From assembly GCA_963668035.1 (NCBI GenBank), contig OY764073.1, forward strand, positions 565 through 64,564: a stretch of 64,000 nt of DNA. The letters run 5' to 3'. The DNA is from Candidatus Poribacteria bacterium. GTDB lineage: Bacteria; Poribacteria; WGA-4E; WGA-3G. The position numbers and the translations under genes were made by a program. Below the pieces are notes generated by a model, which saw nothing but the letters and a program-made list of their open reading frames with translations, did not search any database and had not been told where the DNA came from. This document shows positions 10,300 through 19,310 of the stretch, one piece after another (the first letter of the stretch is position 1; each line of letters starts with the position of its first letter).

Positions 10300-10581
10300 C
10301 TATTGTCTCCTTTTTTTTGATGAGTCGGATAACATCCGACGGGATTTCGCAATCCCAATTAAGATGAGCCCTGTAAGGTTTCCCACAATAATGGCACTAC
10401 CGAGCCCCGTGAGTGCTATAAAACCACCAATTTGAAGAATGCCATCCCCAAACGGACAGTGCCAATGTAGACTGAAAATAGCCACGGCAGGGATCAGTAC
10501 ACCGAGGACGAAACCTATGCCTGCAGCAATGCCAGCGATATTTTGAAATTTCTTTAACCCTGGGAGTTGGATTTCAAACAT
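10300..10581 (-). CDS. Small membrane protein (2 TM), hypothetical
   Basis: 93-aa ORF with two hydrophobic segments and an AAGGA RBS; co-oriented with its neighbours. Confidence 0.6.
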   Translation of the reverse strand: MFEIQLPGLKKFQNIAGIAAGIGFVLGVLIPAVAIFSLHWHCPFGDGILQIGGFIALTGLGSAIIVGNLTGLILIGIAKSRRMLSDSSKKRRQ

Positions 10582-10626
10582 CGGTGTCCTTTTTTAGACC
10601 GTCAGGATTCTGCAAACCGCAAAGGT

Positions 10627-10727
10627 GTTGGGTTTCTCTCTGTTTCTGGTTGATGTATCGTCTCTTAAAAAAGTTTCGTTTTCTATGATTTGTGCGTTTT
10701 TGGTGGTATTCGTTCAACCCAACCTAC
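10627..10727. repeat. About 100-bp REP-like element (GTAG family), single copy
   Basis: Bounded by GTTGGGTTTC and CGTTCAACCCAACCTAC; alignable along its length to 62988-63089 (inverted) and sharing its ends with 63125-63225. Confidence 0.75.
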
Positions 10728-10743
10728 AATACTACCATTTTGG

Positions 10744-11763
10744 TTAAGCACGCCCTAAGTATTTATCCCTGCCTTGCACGAGGGCTTCTATCTTACGGTC
10801 TACCACGGAGCGTTGCAGCATCCAAAACCCGCAATCCGGGTGGACCCAGCCGATCCGGCCGCCGCCTAACACTTTTTCAGCGTTTTCTATGCTGGAGGCT
10901 ACGGCATCAGGAGTCTCAATCGGATTGACCTTCACATCAATAACCCCGATACCGAGGACAATATCCGACGTAATCGCCTTAAGTGCCTCAAGATCCGCTT
11001 TGGGACGGTGCTGCAGCTCCAAAACGAGATGATCGCATCGGAGCGTATTCAAGAAGTCGATGAGTGCCTTCCAGTTCCCTTTTTGGATAACTTGACCGCC
11101 ATAATTGCCGAAGCAGAAATGGACAGCCTTTTCTCCATCAAACGCATCAAGGACAATATTGATAGCCTCGGCGGCACGCGGTGCGTCTTGTGGGTTACCG
11201 GGTATATTGGCTTCGTCAATTTGGAGACAAGCGCACTCAAGGTCTTGCACCTGTGCTGCTAAAATTGTCGCCAAAGCAGTCAGCAGCGCGTCGAAGTCGC
11301 CGTAGTATCTATCCAATAATGTCCGTGCCAGCATATATGGACTTGTTACCGTAAATTTAATGTTTTTACCGGCAACAGCAACAGCGCGCTCACAATCGGA
11401 AACGAGATTTAGCGCGCCCTCTGCTAACGGTCCTTCAACAACTCCGGCGGGTTTCGCCCGAAAAGCCATCGTTTGCAGCTGCCGAAATTCCTGCCATTCT
11501 TGTCTACCGACTGCTGCCCTTATACCTGAAAGTGGACGGATGAAATAATCAATCATTCCGTTGGTGTCTGGATGGTTCGGGTCAAAACGGTAGAGTTCAC
11601 CGTCTGTCGGCAGGTCGATGCCACGCTGCCGCTGAATATCCACGACAACCCGGGTCGCGTCAAGCAGCGACTGTTCCGTCGGCATTGACAGCAGCCATGC
11701 CGGCACCGGATAAGAGCCGACAGTTGTGGTTAAGATTTCTGGTTTATTGGATAAATTTTTCAC
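10744..11763 (-). CDS. Cobalamin-independent methionine synthase II family (single-barrel MetE-like)
   Basis: TTTVGSYP, TDGE, LQIDE, Zn ligands HFC...E...PDCG. Confidence 0.88.
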   Translation of the reverse strand: MKNLSNKPEILTTTVGSYPVPAWLLSMPTEQSLLDATRVVVDIQRQRGIDLPTDGELYRFDPNHPDTNGMIDYFIRPLSGIRAAVGRQEWQEFRQLQTMAFRAKPAGVVEGPLAEGALNLVSDCERAVAVAGKNIKFTVTSPYMLARTLLDRYYGDFDALLTALATILAAQVQDLECACLQIDEANIPGNPQDAPRAAEAINIVLDAFDGEKAVHFCFGNYGGQVIQKGNWKALIDFLNTLRCDHLVLELQHRPKADLEALKAITSDIVLGIGVIDVKVNPIETPDAVASSIENAEKVLGGGRIGWVHPDCGFWMLQRSVVDRKIEALVQGRDKYLGRA

Positions 11764-11775
11764 CCGTACAACCCC

Positions 11776-12786
11776 TTAATTGTTCATCAACTCAAACGAT
11801 TCAAGTTCAAAAACGGTGTCGACTGTCTCATCATTCCGAGTCTGCGACTGTGTAAATTTGACAATACCGACATCCGGCGCAATCCACTTTTTCACAACAG
11901 TGATGTCAAGTGGGAAATCTTGGTTTCCAATATCGAAACCCCACCGAAATGATTCTTGAACCTGAAAAACATGTTCAAAAGTCCCAGCTGGCACAGTCAC
12001 TGTCTCTTCTGAAAGCACCTCAAATTCGTCAAGTCCAGCACCAAGCGGGAAAAGTTCCGGCACCAATTTTGCCTGAAAGCTAACATCCCATTTCTCGCCC
12101 GGGATAAGTGGAAATTGATATAAAGGCAGGAACGGCTCGAACAAAATTGTGTCGCCTGTCCCGGATGTGGTATTCTGGGCGTGCTGCACGATACCTGCTA
12201 CCTCACCTTTTTCATCAAGACTCGGTCCCAGGTAAGAGTAGTTTACAATGTTTTCCAAACGCTCATCTGTGCTGGATTTCTGAAGTACAAAACTCTCGAT
12301 GGTTTTTCCATCTGCCTGTTGAATCTGAATAGTATCTATGATTTCGAAAGTAATTTGGCTGCCATTTTCGTCGCGGTAGTGCCAGGCGTTCCCAACAGCC
12401 AGTGGATAATAATTCCCGGGTCGAGTTTGCCACACTTGGATATCCAGCGTGCTGGTTGTCGTTTTTTCGCCATCGCTGATTGTAACTGTGACCTGATACT
12501 TCTGTTCGGTTTCCGGGGCACGCCAGACCGCACCTGAGGTGTTTTCTGTGAGTTCGCCGCCTGTGACGGACCACGTATATGACAAAACATCGTTCTCAAG
12601 GTCACCTGCTACCAAGTGGATTGTCACCTCTGTCCCAGGGGCGACTATATCTGATTCTACTTCAAAGGTTAAAATCTGGGGGGCGCGATTTGAGCTGCCC
12701 GGCTCATCGACGCCGCAACCGAACCCGATACATATCAGTGGAAGCCAAAAGAGTTTCCAGACATCTGTCATTTTTGGGGTTTTCAT
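11776..12786 (-). CDS. Lipoprotein with PKD/Ig-like domain and DUF3108/TapB-like beta domain
   Basis: Lipobox-like GFGC; NRAP...DLENDVLSYTW...VTISDG (PKD-like); YYPLAVGNAWHY and ETVTVPAGTF...WIAPDVGIVK. Confidence 0.7.
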   Translation of the reverse strand: MKTPKMTDVWKLFWLPLICIGFGCGVDEPGSSNRAPQILTFEVESDIVAPGTEVTIHLVAGDLENDVLSYTWSVTGGELTENTSGAVWRAPETEQKYQVTVTISDGEKTTTSTLDIQVWQTRPGNYYPLAVGNAWHYRDENGSQITFEIIDTIQIQQADGKTIESFVLQKSSTDERLENIVNYSYLGPSLDEKGEVAGIVQHAQNTTSGTGDTILFEPFLPLYQFPLIPGEKWDVSFQAKLVPELFPLGAGLDEFEVLSEETVTVPAGTFEHVFQVQESFRWGFDIGNQDFPLDITVVKKWIAPDVGIVKFTQSQTRNDETVDTVFELESFELMNN

Positions 12787-12798
12787 GATATTTTCTCC

Positions 12799-13539
12799 TT
12801 AGCTCTCAAAAGGTTGACCGCGTAAGACTTCACGAGATTGCGTCGTGCCATTTCCTGTCACATTGTAAGCGAAGGTGTTCATCAATCGGTCGTTTGCCGA
12901 ATTATTCGGTGCGGAACCGTGGATAATCAGCGCGTTAAAAAAGACACCATCCCCCGGTTCCATTTCGACGGCTACAGCGTCTTCGCGTTCTTGGTAGTGA
13001 CCGGGTAGGAATACGCCAAAAGTCTGGTGTTTTCTTTCATGTTCTTGCAAGCCCCAATTGTGGCTGCCGGGAACAAACTGAATACAGCCGTTCTCAAGGT
13101 TCGCCTCGCTGATAGCCAACTGGCAGTTAATCATAACAGGTTTGTTGTTATCATTTTTCCAGTAAGCGTAATCCTGATGCCACGGGATAGCTGTCCCATC
13201 TCCGCCCGCTTTCGGGAGCAATTTGCTATGATACAGTGAAATGTTTTCACCCATCATCACTTCCAATATATCTAATACGGCATCACAACGCAGCAGACGA
13301 TCGAGCGTTGGGCTTACCAACTCACTGTGCATGAGCTGCTTAATACGCGGCGGATGGTCCTCTGAATCGTAGACTTCCCAAGAAATGCCGATCCCGTCAG
13401 TCGGTTGTGCCGCCATACGATTGTGTATATCTTCGATTTCTTCCTGAATGCGCGCAATATCTTCTGAGGAGACCAGTCCTTTTTTTAAGAAATAGCCATT
13501 TGCCTCATAAAACTGTTGTTCTTCGTGCGTAAGTCCCAT
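12799..13539 (-). CDS. Phytanoyl-CoA dioxygenase (PhyH) family Fe/2OG dioxygenase
   Basis: PWHQD, NGCIQFVPGSH, PGDGVFF...HGS.PN...R. Confidence 0.92.
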   Translation of the reverse strand: MGLTHEEQQFYEANGYFLKKGLVSSEDIARIQEEIEDIHNRMAAQPTDGIGISWEVYDSEDHPPRIKQLMHSELVSPTLDRLLRCDAVLDILEVMMGENISLYHSKLLPKAGGDGTAIPWHQDYAYWKNDNNKPVMINCQLAISEANLENGCIQFVPGSHNWGLQEHERKHQTFGVFLPGHYQEREDAVAVEMEPGDGVFFNALIIHGSAPNNSANDRLMNTFAYNVTGNGTTQSREVLRGQPFES

Positions 13540-13729
13540 TATGATTTTTCCTCCCAAATAAAATGTGCATTTAAGAGTATACACCACGTTTCCAGAAAAA
13601 TCAAGGAATTTCTGTTTTGATTGTCTATTTCAACGGGCACGAAAAGAAAAAAGTTTACTTTCATTGCATAAGCTGCTACAATATAGAAAGTTTAAGATTC
13701 ACGCAAAATCTGGAGATGAACTGATAACT

Positions 13730-14068
13730 ATGGACTACACACTCGAAAATTGCCAAAAGATTGTAGACGACTGGATCGGCGACATCGGAATCCGGTATTT
13801 TTCAGAATTAACCAATACTGCCATCCTCATGGAAGAAGTAGGTGAATTAGCACGGCTTATGGCGCGTCAATATGGCGAGCAGAGCTTCAAGGAAAATGAA
13901 AAAGACTTAGACCTTGGTGAGGAAATGGCAGATATCCTGTTTGTGCTTATCTGTCTTGCGAATCAGACAGGTGTTGAACTTGAAGATGCTTTTAAAAGAA
14001 ACATAGAGAAAAAGACACGCCGAGATAGAGAACGCCACACGAGAAACCCGAAACTCCAGAAAAACTGA
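13730..14068 (+). CDS. MazG-like nucleotide pyrophosphohydrolase (YpjD-like)
   Basis: LMEEVGELAR...YGEQSFK...EEMADILFVL.CLANQTG. Confidence 0.9.
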   Translation: MDYTLENCQKIVDDWIGDIGIRYFSELTNTAILMEEVGELARLMARQYGEQSFKENEKDLDLGEEMADILFVLICLANQTGVELEDAFKRNIEKKTRRDRERHTRNPKLQKN

Positions 14069-14102
14069 GTAGCAAGCATCTAACCGCTGAGGAAGATGAA
14101 CA

Positions 14103-16823
14103 ATGATGTTTCATAAAAACCATACATTTTGGCTCCTAAGTCTCCTTTTTGTCATCGCCGGATGCACGTTCTTCCCGAAAAATCCATCTTCTACGCCCGT
14201 GATTGACCCCCTGGTTGAGCGCAACCGTCAGTGGCAGGGGCAGGTTGAGGCAGGCAATAGGGAACTAAAGCAGGGGGACCTGCGCGCAGCACTTGCCGCT
14301 TACGAGACTGCTCTTGCTATCCGACCGGACACAAGTGAAGTGCAGCACAAAATAGCGGAAATATACCTTCAACTTGAAGAATACGAAAACGCAAGAAATG
14401 CCTTCGTTGTATTTTTGGCACTTGAACCGAAAAATATCACTGCGCTAAACTATGCCGGATATATTTCTGAAAAATTAATGGACTATGCCGCCGCCGCGGG
14501 ATACTATGAGCGCGTTCTCGGTGTTTCGGGAGATAACCTGTATGCCCTAAACCATCTCGGTTTAGCCTACAAACAGCTCGAACGCTATGATGAAGCGGTC
14601 GAAGTCCTCTACAAAGCACTATCGCTTGATCCGAAATGTGAACGTCCTGAAAGTGAAAATCTGCACAATTACTTGGGATTAATCTATCTTGAACAAGGCA
14701 AACTCGGCGAGGCGATCGCAGAGTTACGGGAATCCATTCGCTTGTTTCCGAAGGATACCTGGGCAGGCGAACAACTCGCTGCACTCTATGAGGATCAAGG
14801 GCGTTACTTTGAAGCGCAACTGTTATACCAAAGCCTTTTGGAAATTGAACCCGACAACCTCCTCGCCTTGACACGCCTCCAGGCACTTGCACAATTAAAT
14901 CTCGGTGCGGTACAGGTTACCGATGTGCCACCTGTCACGCTCCTGAATCCGGATGTTGAACATATCATTGTGAGCGCCCCAGCCGCGAGCGACTATCCTG
15001 ACGCTGACACGCTCGTGCTCTTCAACCATTTCAGCCACGACGTTTTGCCGACGGGACAGTCGCGGTACACGACACACCAAGTCGTTAAGATCCTCACCGA
15101 AAGAGGTATCCAGAGGTACGGGGACATTGCTATTCCCTACCAACCCACGGCGCAGAATATTGAGGTGAACATTGCAAGGACAATCACAGCGGATGGTACG
15201 GTACTACACCCCCCAGATGAAGCGTTTAACGACGTAACACCGCCCGGATTGTTATCCCACAACCTCTATTCCGATGCAATGTGGAAAGTCATCTCTATGG
15301 TGGGTCTCGCGCCCGGAGTCTGCATTGAGTACCAGGTAACGCTTGAAGATAAAGTCCCAGGCGGCGAGACATGGATTACAGGCGGATATAATTTTCAGAC
15401 AACAGAGGCGACATTGGAAACCAGCTACGCGCTTCAGATGCCGAAGACGTGGCATCTTCAATGGGAAATCGCTAACGACCCAAATCCACAAGTACCTATG
15501 GTATCCGACGCAGAAAATGATACTGTTATCTATATATGGAAGTACGGCGAGACGCCCGCGCTGACGTTGGAAGATGGTATGCCGCATCTTAACGGCATCG
15601 TGCCACGTTTGCGGTATTCCTCAATCAAAGATTGGAGCAGCGTCTATAGGTGGTATAGGGACCTCGCGAAGGGGAGATATACCGCGGATGCCAACATTGA
15701 GGCAAAGGTCCAGGAACTAACCAACGATCTAAAGACGGAGGCAGCGAAAGGACGCGCGATCTACCATTTTGTCACCACAAAGATCCGTTACGTCGGGATT
15801 GAACTCGGGCAGAGTGCTTACCAACCTTCGCATGCCACCGAGGTGTTTCGGACGCAATACGGGGATTGCAAAGATAAAATTACGCTCCTGATTTCAATGC
15901 TCGATCTGATCGGTATCAAAGCCTATCCTGTCCTAATGAGTGTCGCACCGCACGAACGCGTTGATACCACCCTACCGTTGCTCAGCCAGTTTAATCATGT
16001 AATTGCCGCGATTCCTACCACGCCAAATGCTTATATATGGCTGGACCCTACAGCTGCAACTTGTAGTTATGGCGATCTCCCGTATAATACACAAGGACGT
16101 ACAGGATTTTTGATCGCTGATACACACGGCGAGTTTGTCCAGACACCTGTTTATCCATCAGAAACCAATCGTTTTGTAAGCACAACGGAATTGACGTTAG
16201 AAAACGACGGTAGTGTGGAAGGCACGCTCTACATCCAAACAGATGGACAGTATGACCTAAATACCCGATGGGCATATCAGCAGATACATCCCAACGCTCT
16301 GAAAACGACTTTAGCGACTGAACTCAGCCAGCAATTTCCGGGCATCCAAGTGGCATGGACGGAGATGTCCGACCTTGGCGATCTAAATGTGCCGGTGACA
16401 ATCGATCTTGGGTTCCATGTTGAGAATTACGGGACGTGGGTGGGAAATGAGATGCTATTGCCCTTACCGATTGATGAATTCGCGGATTACGCTGAAACTT
16501 TTGCGGATGAACAACGCACTTATTCATTGGATTTAGGTTACCCGATGCAAATCGAGAAGGCGATCCGTATTCAGATGCCAGACGGGTGGACAGCTACGCT
16601 CCCGAAAGATATTCACTACGCTATAGCGCATGCGGAACTCGTGAGGCAGTACAAACAGGTTGGGAATATTCTCACTTATCAACTCATGTTTACGCTTAAA
16701 AGTCAGATACTTCCAGCGGAGGCGTATTCAGCAGCGAGGTCGCTTTTTACGGCACTTGCAAGCGAAGATGGCAGTCGTGTGTTATTAAATACAGATGGCG
16801 ATAATCAGATGTCACGAAGATGA
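14103..16823 (+). CDS. Lipoprotein: TPR repeats + DUF3857 + transglutaminase-like domain
   Basis: Lipobox IAGC and about 6 TPRs; YGDCKDK (Cys), FNHVI (His) and WLDPT (Asp) form the triad. Confidence 0.88.
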   Translation: MMFHKNHTFWLLSLLFVIAGCTFFPKNPSSTPVIDPLVERNRQWQGQVEAGNRELKQGDLRAALAAYETALAIRPDTSEVQHKIAEIYLQLEEYENARNAFVVFLALEPKNITALNYAGYISEKLMDYAAAAGYYERVLGVSGDNLYALNHLGLAYKQLERYDEAVEVLYKALSLDPKCERPESENLHNYLGLIYLEQGKLGEAIAELRESIRLFPKDTWAGEQLAALYEDQGRYFEAQLLYQSLLEIEPDNLLALTRLQALAQLNLGAVQVTDVPPVTLLNPDVEHIIVSAPAASDYPDADTLVLFNHFSHDVLPTGQSRYTTHQVVKILTERGIQRYGDIAIPYQPTAQNIEVNIARTITADGTVLHPPDEAFNDVTPPGLLSHNLYSDAMWKVISMVGLAPGVCIEYQVTLEDKVPGGETWITGGYNFQTTEATLETSYALQMPKTWHLQWEIANDPNPQVPMVSDAENDTVIYIWKYGETPALTLEDGMPHLNGIVPRLRYSSIKDWSSVYRWYRDLAKGRYTADANIEAKVQELTNDLKTEAAKGRAIYHFVTTKIRYVGIELGQSAYQPSHATEVFRTQYGDCKDKITLLISMLDLIGIKAYPVLMSVAPHERVDTTLPLLSQFNHVIAAIPTTPNAYIWLDPTAATCSYGDLPYNTQGRTGFLIADTHGEFVQTPVYPSETNRFVSTTELTLENDGSVEGTLYIQTDGQYDLNTRWAYQQIHPNALKTTLATELSQQFPGIQVAWTEMSDLGDLNVPVTIDLGFHVENYGTWVGNEMLLPLPIDEFADYAETFADEQRTYSLDLGYPMQIEKAIRIQMPDGWTATLPKDIHYAIAHAELVRQYKQVGNILTYQLMFTLKSQILPAEAYSAARSLFTALASEDGSRVLLNTDGDNQMSRR

Positions 16824-16875
16824 TAACTGTTAGTCCTTAAGCATTCCCCTTTGATAAGCGGTGCCAACTTCCTCG

Positions 16876-17478
16876 TTACTCTTTGACATATTTCCAACCG
16901 TCAATTAAAACAGGAAGACCGCGAATAAGACACATCGCGACGGTCACGACGGAGAGGATCACACCTGCCAATTCCAGCCCGACCACTAATTCGGGATGGA
17001 TGCCAGAATTCTTGAAAGCGATAATACCGCCGAGATAGATGAAGGCGACTGCTTTCGCAATGCCGTAGATACTGCGACTCATGCGTGAACTGGTAAGGGC
17101 ACGGGTCCATTTGGAAGACATCATAGTGTTCTCACCGAAGGCAGTCTTCCCTTGCGCAAAGGCGGCACTTCGCAAACCGTCTGTGAAAAACCCGCGCGCA
17201 ATCACGATGACAGGAATCCAGAACGGGATCAATCCGACGACGGCGAAGTAAACCCAGAAGATGCATTCGACAATTCGGTCGCCGATTATATCAAATAGCG
17301 CCCCAAAATCGGAAGTCTGATTCAGTTTGCGAGCAACGTAACCGTCGACCGCATCGAGAAACAGGATCAAACCGATGAGCGCGACAAGCAAAACGTCTAA
17401 GTATATGTGATATCCAAAAAGCGAAATTACAACAAAGGCGAGGATCAGGCGGAAGAGCGTAATTAAATTCGCAATCAT
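16876..17478 (-). CDS. CDP-alcohol phosphatidyltransferase (PgsA-like)
   Basis: ANLITLFR, DAVDGYVAR..NQTSDFGALFDIIGDR. Confidence 0.9.
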   Translation of the reverse strand: MIANLITLFRLILAFVVISLFGYHIYLDVLLVALIGLILFLDAVDGYVARKLNQTSDFGALFDIIGDRIVECIFWVYFAVVGLIPFWIPVIVIARGFFTDGLRSAAFAQGKTAFGENTMMSSKWTRALTSSRMSRSIYGIAKAVAFIYLGGIIAFKNSGIHPELVVGLELAGVILSVVTVAMCLIRGLPVLIDGWKYVKE

Positions 17479-17608
17479 GTTTTACTCCTTTGCGCGTCTG
17501 GATTTCCGTGCTTCAATTTTATTCAAGTTGAGTGTCTTCCCTTTAATACTAACATACTGTCCGATTGAAAACAATATTAATTTTCCAAACGAAAAAAGGA
17601 TTTGTGCT

Positions 17609-19213
17609 ATGAGCGAAAACAGAAAACCGAATATTGTCCTCATTCTGAACGACGATATGGGTTTTTCAGACTTAGGCTGCTATGGTGGCGAAGTCTACAC
17701 GCCGAATCTTGACCGGCTCGCCGCTGGCGGGCTGCGATTTACGCAGTTTTACAATACCGCACGCTGCTGCCCCTCGCGTGCCTCTATGCTGACCGGGCTA
17801 CATCCGCATCAAACCGGCGTTGGACACATGATGGGCGACGATGGACTTGAAGGGTATCGCGGGGACCTCAATGACCGCTGTGTTACGATTGCCGATGTCG
17901 TCCGTTCTGAAGGCTACGGCACTTATATGAGTGGTAAATGGCATATCTCTCGCCACACCGGGCCCGATGGTCCTAAACACAGCTGGCCCTGTCAACGCGG
18001 GTTTGACGCGTACTACGGTATCATCACGGGTGCTGCAAACTTCTGGAAACCGAATACACTCACGCGCGGTAACACGCGCATCCAGCACGATGAACTGCCC
18101 GAAGGATACTTCTTCACGGATGCTGTGAGTGATGAAGCGGCGACGTATATCCGAAACCATACCGAGAAAACACCGGAACGTCCCTTCTTTACTTATGTCG
18201 CTTACACGGCACCGCATTGGCCCCTACATGCCCACGAAGAGGACATCGCACCCTACAATGGGCGGTTTGCCGCCGGGTGGGACGAACTCCGAGAAGAACG
18301 ACTTGCACGGATGCGGGAGATGAAAATTTTAGATGAGGCTTGGCAGCTCACAGCACGCGACCCCTCACAACTCCCTTGGGGTGAGGCAGAATATAAGGCG
18401 TGGAATCAACGCCGCATGGAAGTCTACGCAGCACAAATCACCCGGATGGATGCAGGCATCGGACGCATTATCGACACGTTGGAAGAGACCGGACAACTTG
18501 ACAATACGCTCATCCTGTTTTTAGCTGATAACGGGGGCTGTGCTGAAGAACTCGGAGGACCGCCGGCAAAACGCGACAGCGGTTCACTCATCAGTACCGA
18601 GACCACCTCCGATGGAAAACCGGTCTATCGGGGCAATGACCCTACCATCATGCCGGGGCCCGAAACGACCTATCAGAGTTACGGGGTTCCGTGGGCGAAC
18701 TTATCCAATACACCCTTCCGATTGTACAAGCACTGGGTCCATGAAGGCGGTATCGCTACGCCGTTAATAGCGCATTGGCCAGATGCCATAAAATCCGCCG
18801 GAGAATTACGACATCAGCCCGGGCAACTGCCGGACATTATGGCGACATGCCTCGAAGTTTCAGGTGCGACGTATCCTGAAGAACACAATGAAAGACCGAT
18901 TTTGCCGTTAGCGGGAACAAGCTTGATGCCGATTTTTGATGGCAAGGATAACGGTAAAGAGGTACTCTATTGGGAACATGAAGGGAATTGTGCGGTTCGT
19001 CAAGATAACTGGAAACTGGTTTGTCGGTTCCCCGGGGATTGGGAACTCTACGATCTGGCGGCGGAGCGGACAGAAATTAACGATCTCGCTGCTCAGCATC
19101 CGCAAAAAGTCGAAGAGCTTTCGGGACTTTACCGAGATTGGGCGGACCGCTCTCTCATCTATCCGTGGGATAAACTCCAAGAACATCGTAGACAGCGGCG
19201 CCACGAACGGTAA
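17609..19213 (+). CDS. Arylsulfatase (Cys-type)
   Basis: KPNIVLILNDDMG, CCPSRASMLTG, GKWH, APHWPLHA. Confidence 0.95.
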   Translation: MSENRKPNIVLILNDDMGFSDLGCYGGEVYTPNLDRLAAGGLRFTQFYNTARCCPSRASMLTGLHPHQTGVGHMMGDDGLEGYRGDLNDRCVTIADVVRSEGYGTYMSGKWHISRHTGPDGPKHSWPCQRGFDAYYGIITGAANFWKPNTLTRGNTRIQHDELPEGYFFTDAVSDEAATYIRNHTEKTPERPFFTYVAYTAPHWPLHAHEEDIAPYNGRFAAGWDELREERLARMREMKILDEAWQLTARDPSQLPWGEAEYKAWNQRRMEVYAAQITRMDAGIGRIIDTLEETGQLDNTLILFLADNGGCAEELGGPPAKRDSGSLISTETTSDGKPVYRGNDPTIMPGPETTYQSYGVPWANLSNTPFRLYKHWVHEGGIATPLIAHWPDAIKSAGELRHQPGQLPDIMATCLEVSGATYPEEHNERPILPLAGTSLMPIFDGKDNGKEVLYWEHEGNCAVRQDNWKLVCRFPGDWELYDLAAERTEINDLAAQHPQKVEELSGLYRDWADRSLIYPWDKLQEHRRQRRHER

Positions 19214-19228
19214 GGAATTATGCTGTCT

Positions 19229-19260
19229 GTTCGGGCAGGTCGATGTTTTCCTGCCCGAAC
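19229..19260. terminator. Stem-loop between convergent genes
   Basis: GTTCGGGCAGG-N10-CCTGCCCGAAC perfect 11-bp stem. Confidence 0.6.
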
Positions 19261-19310
19261 CACACTTCACGCTGTTGATTAGGTGAACAGACACCGTATC
19301 TACGGGTGTT

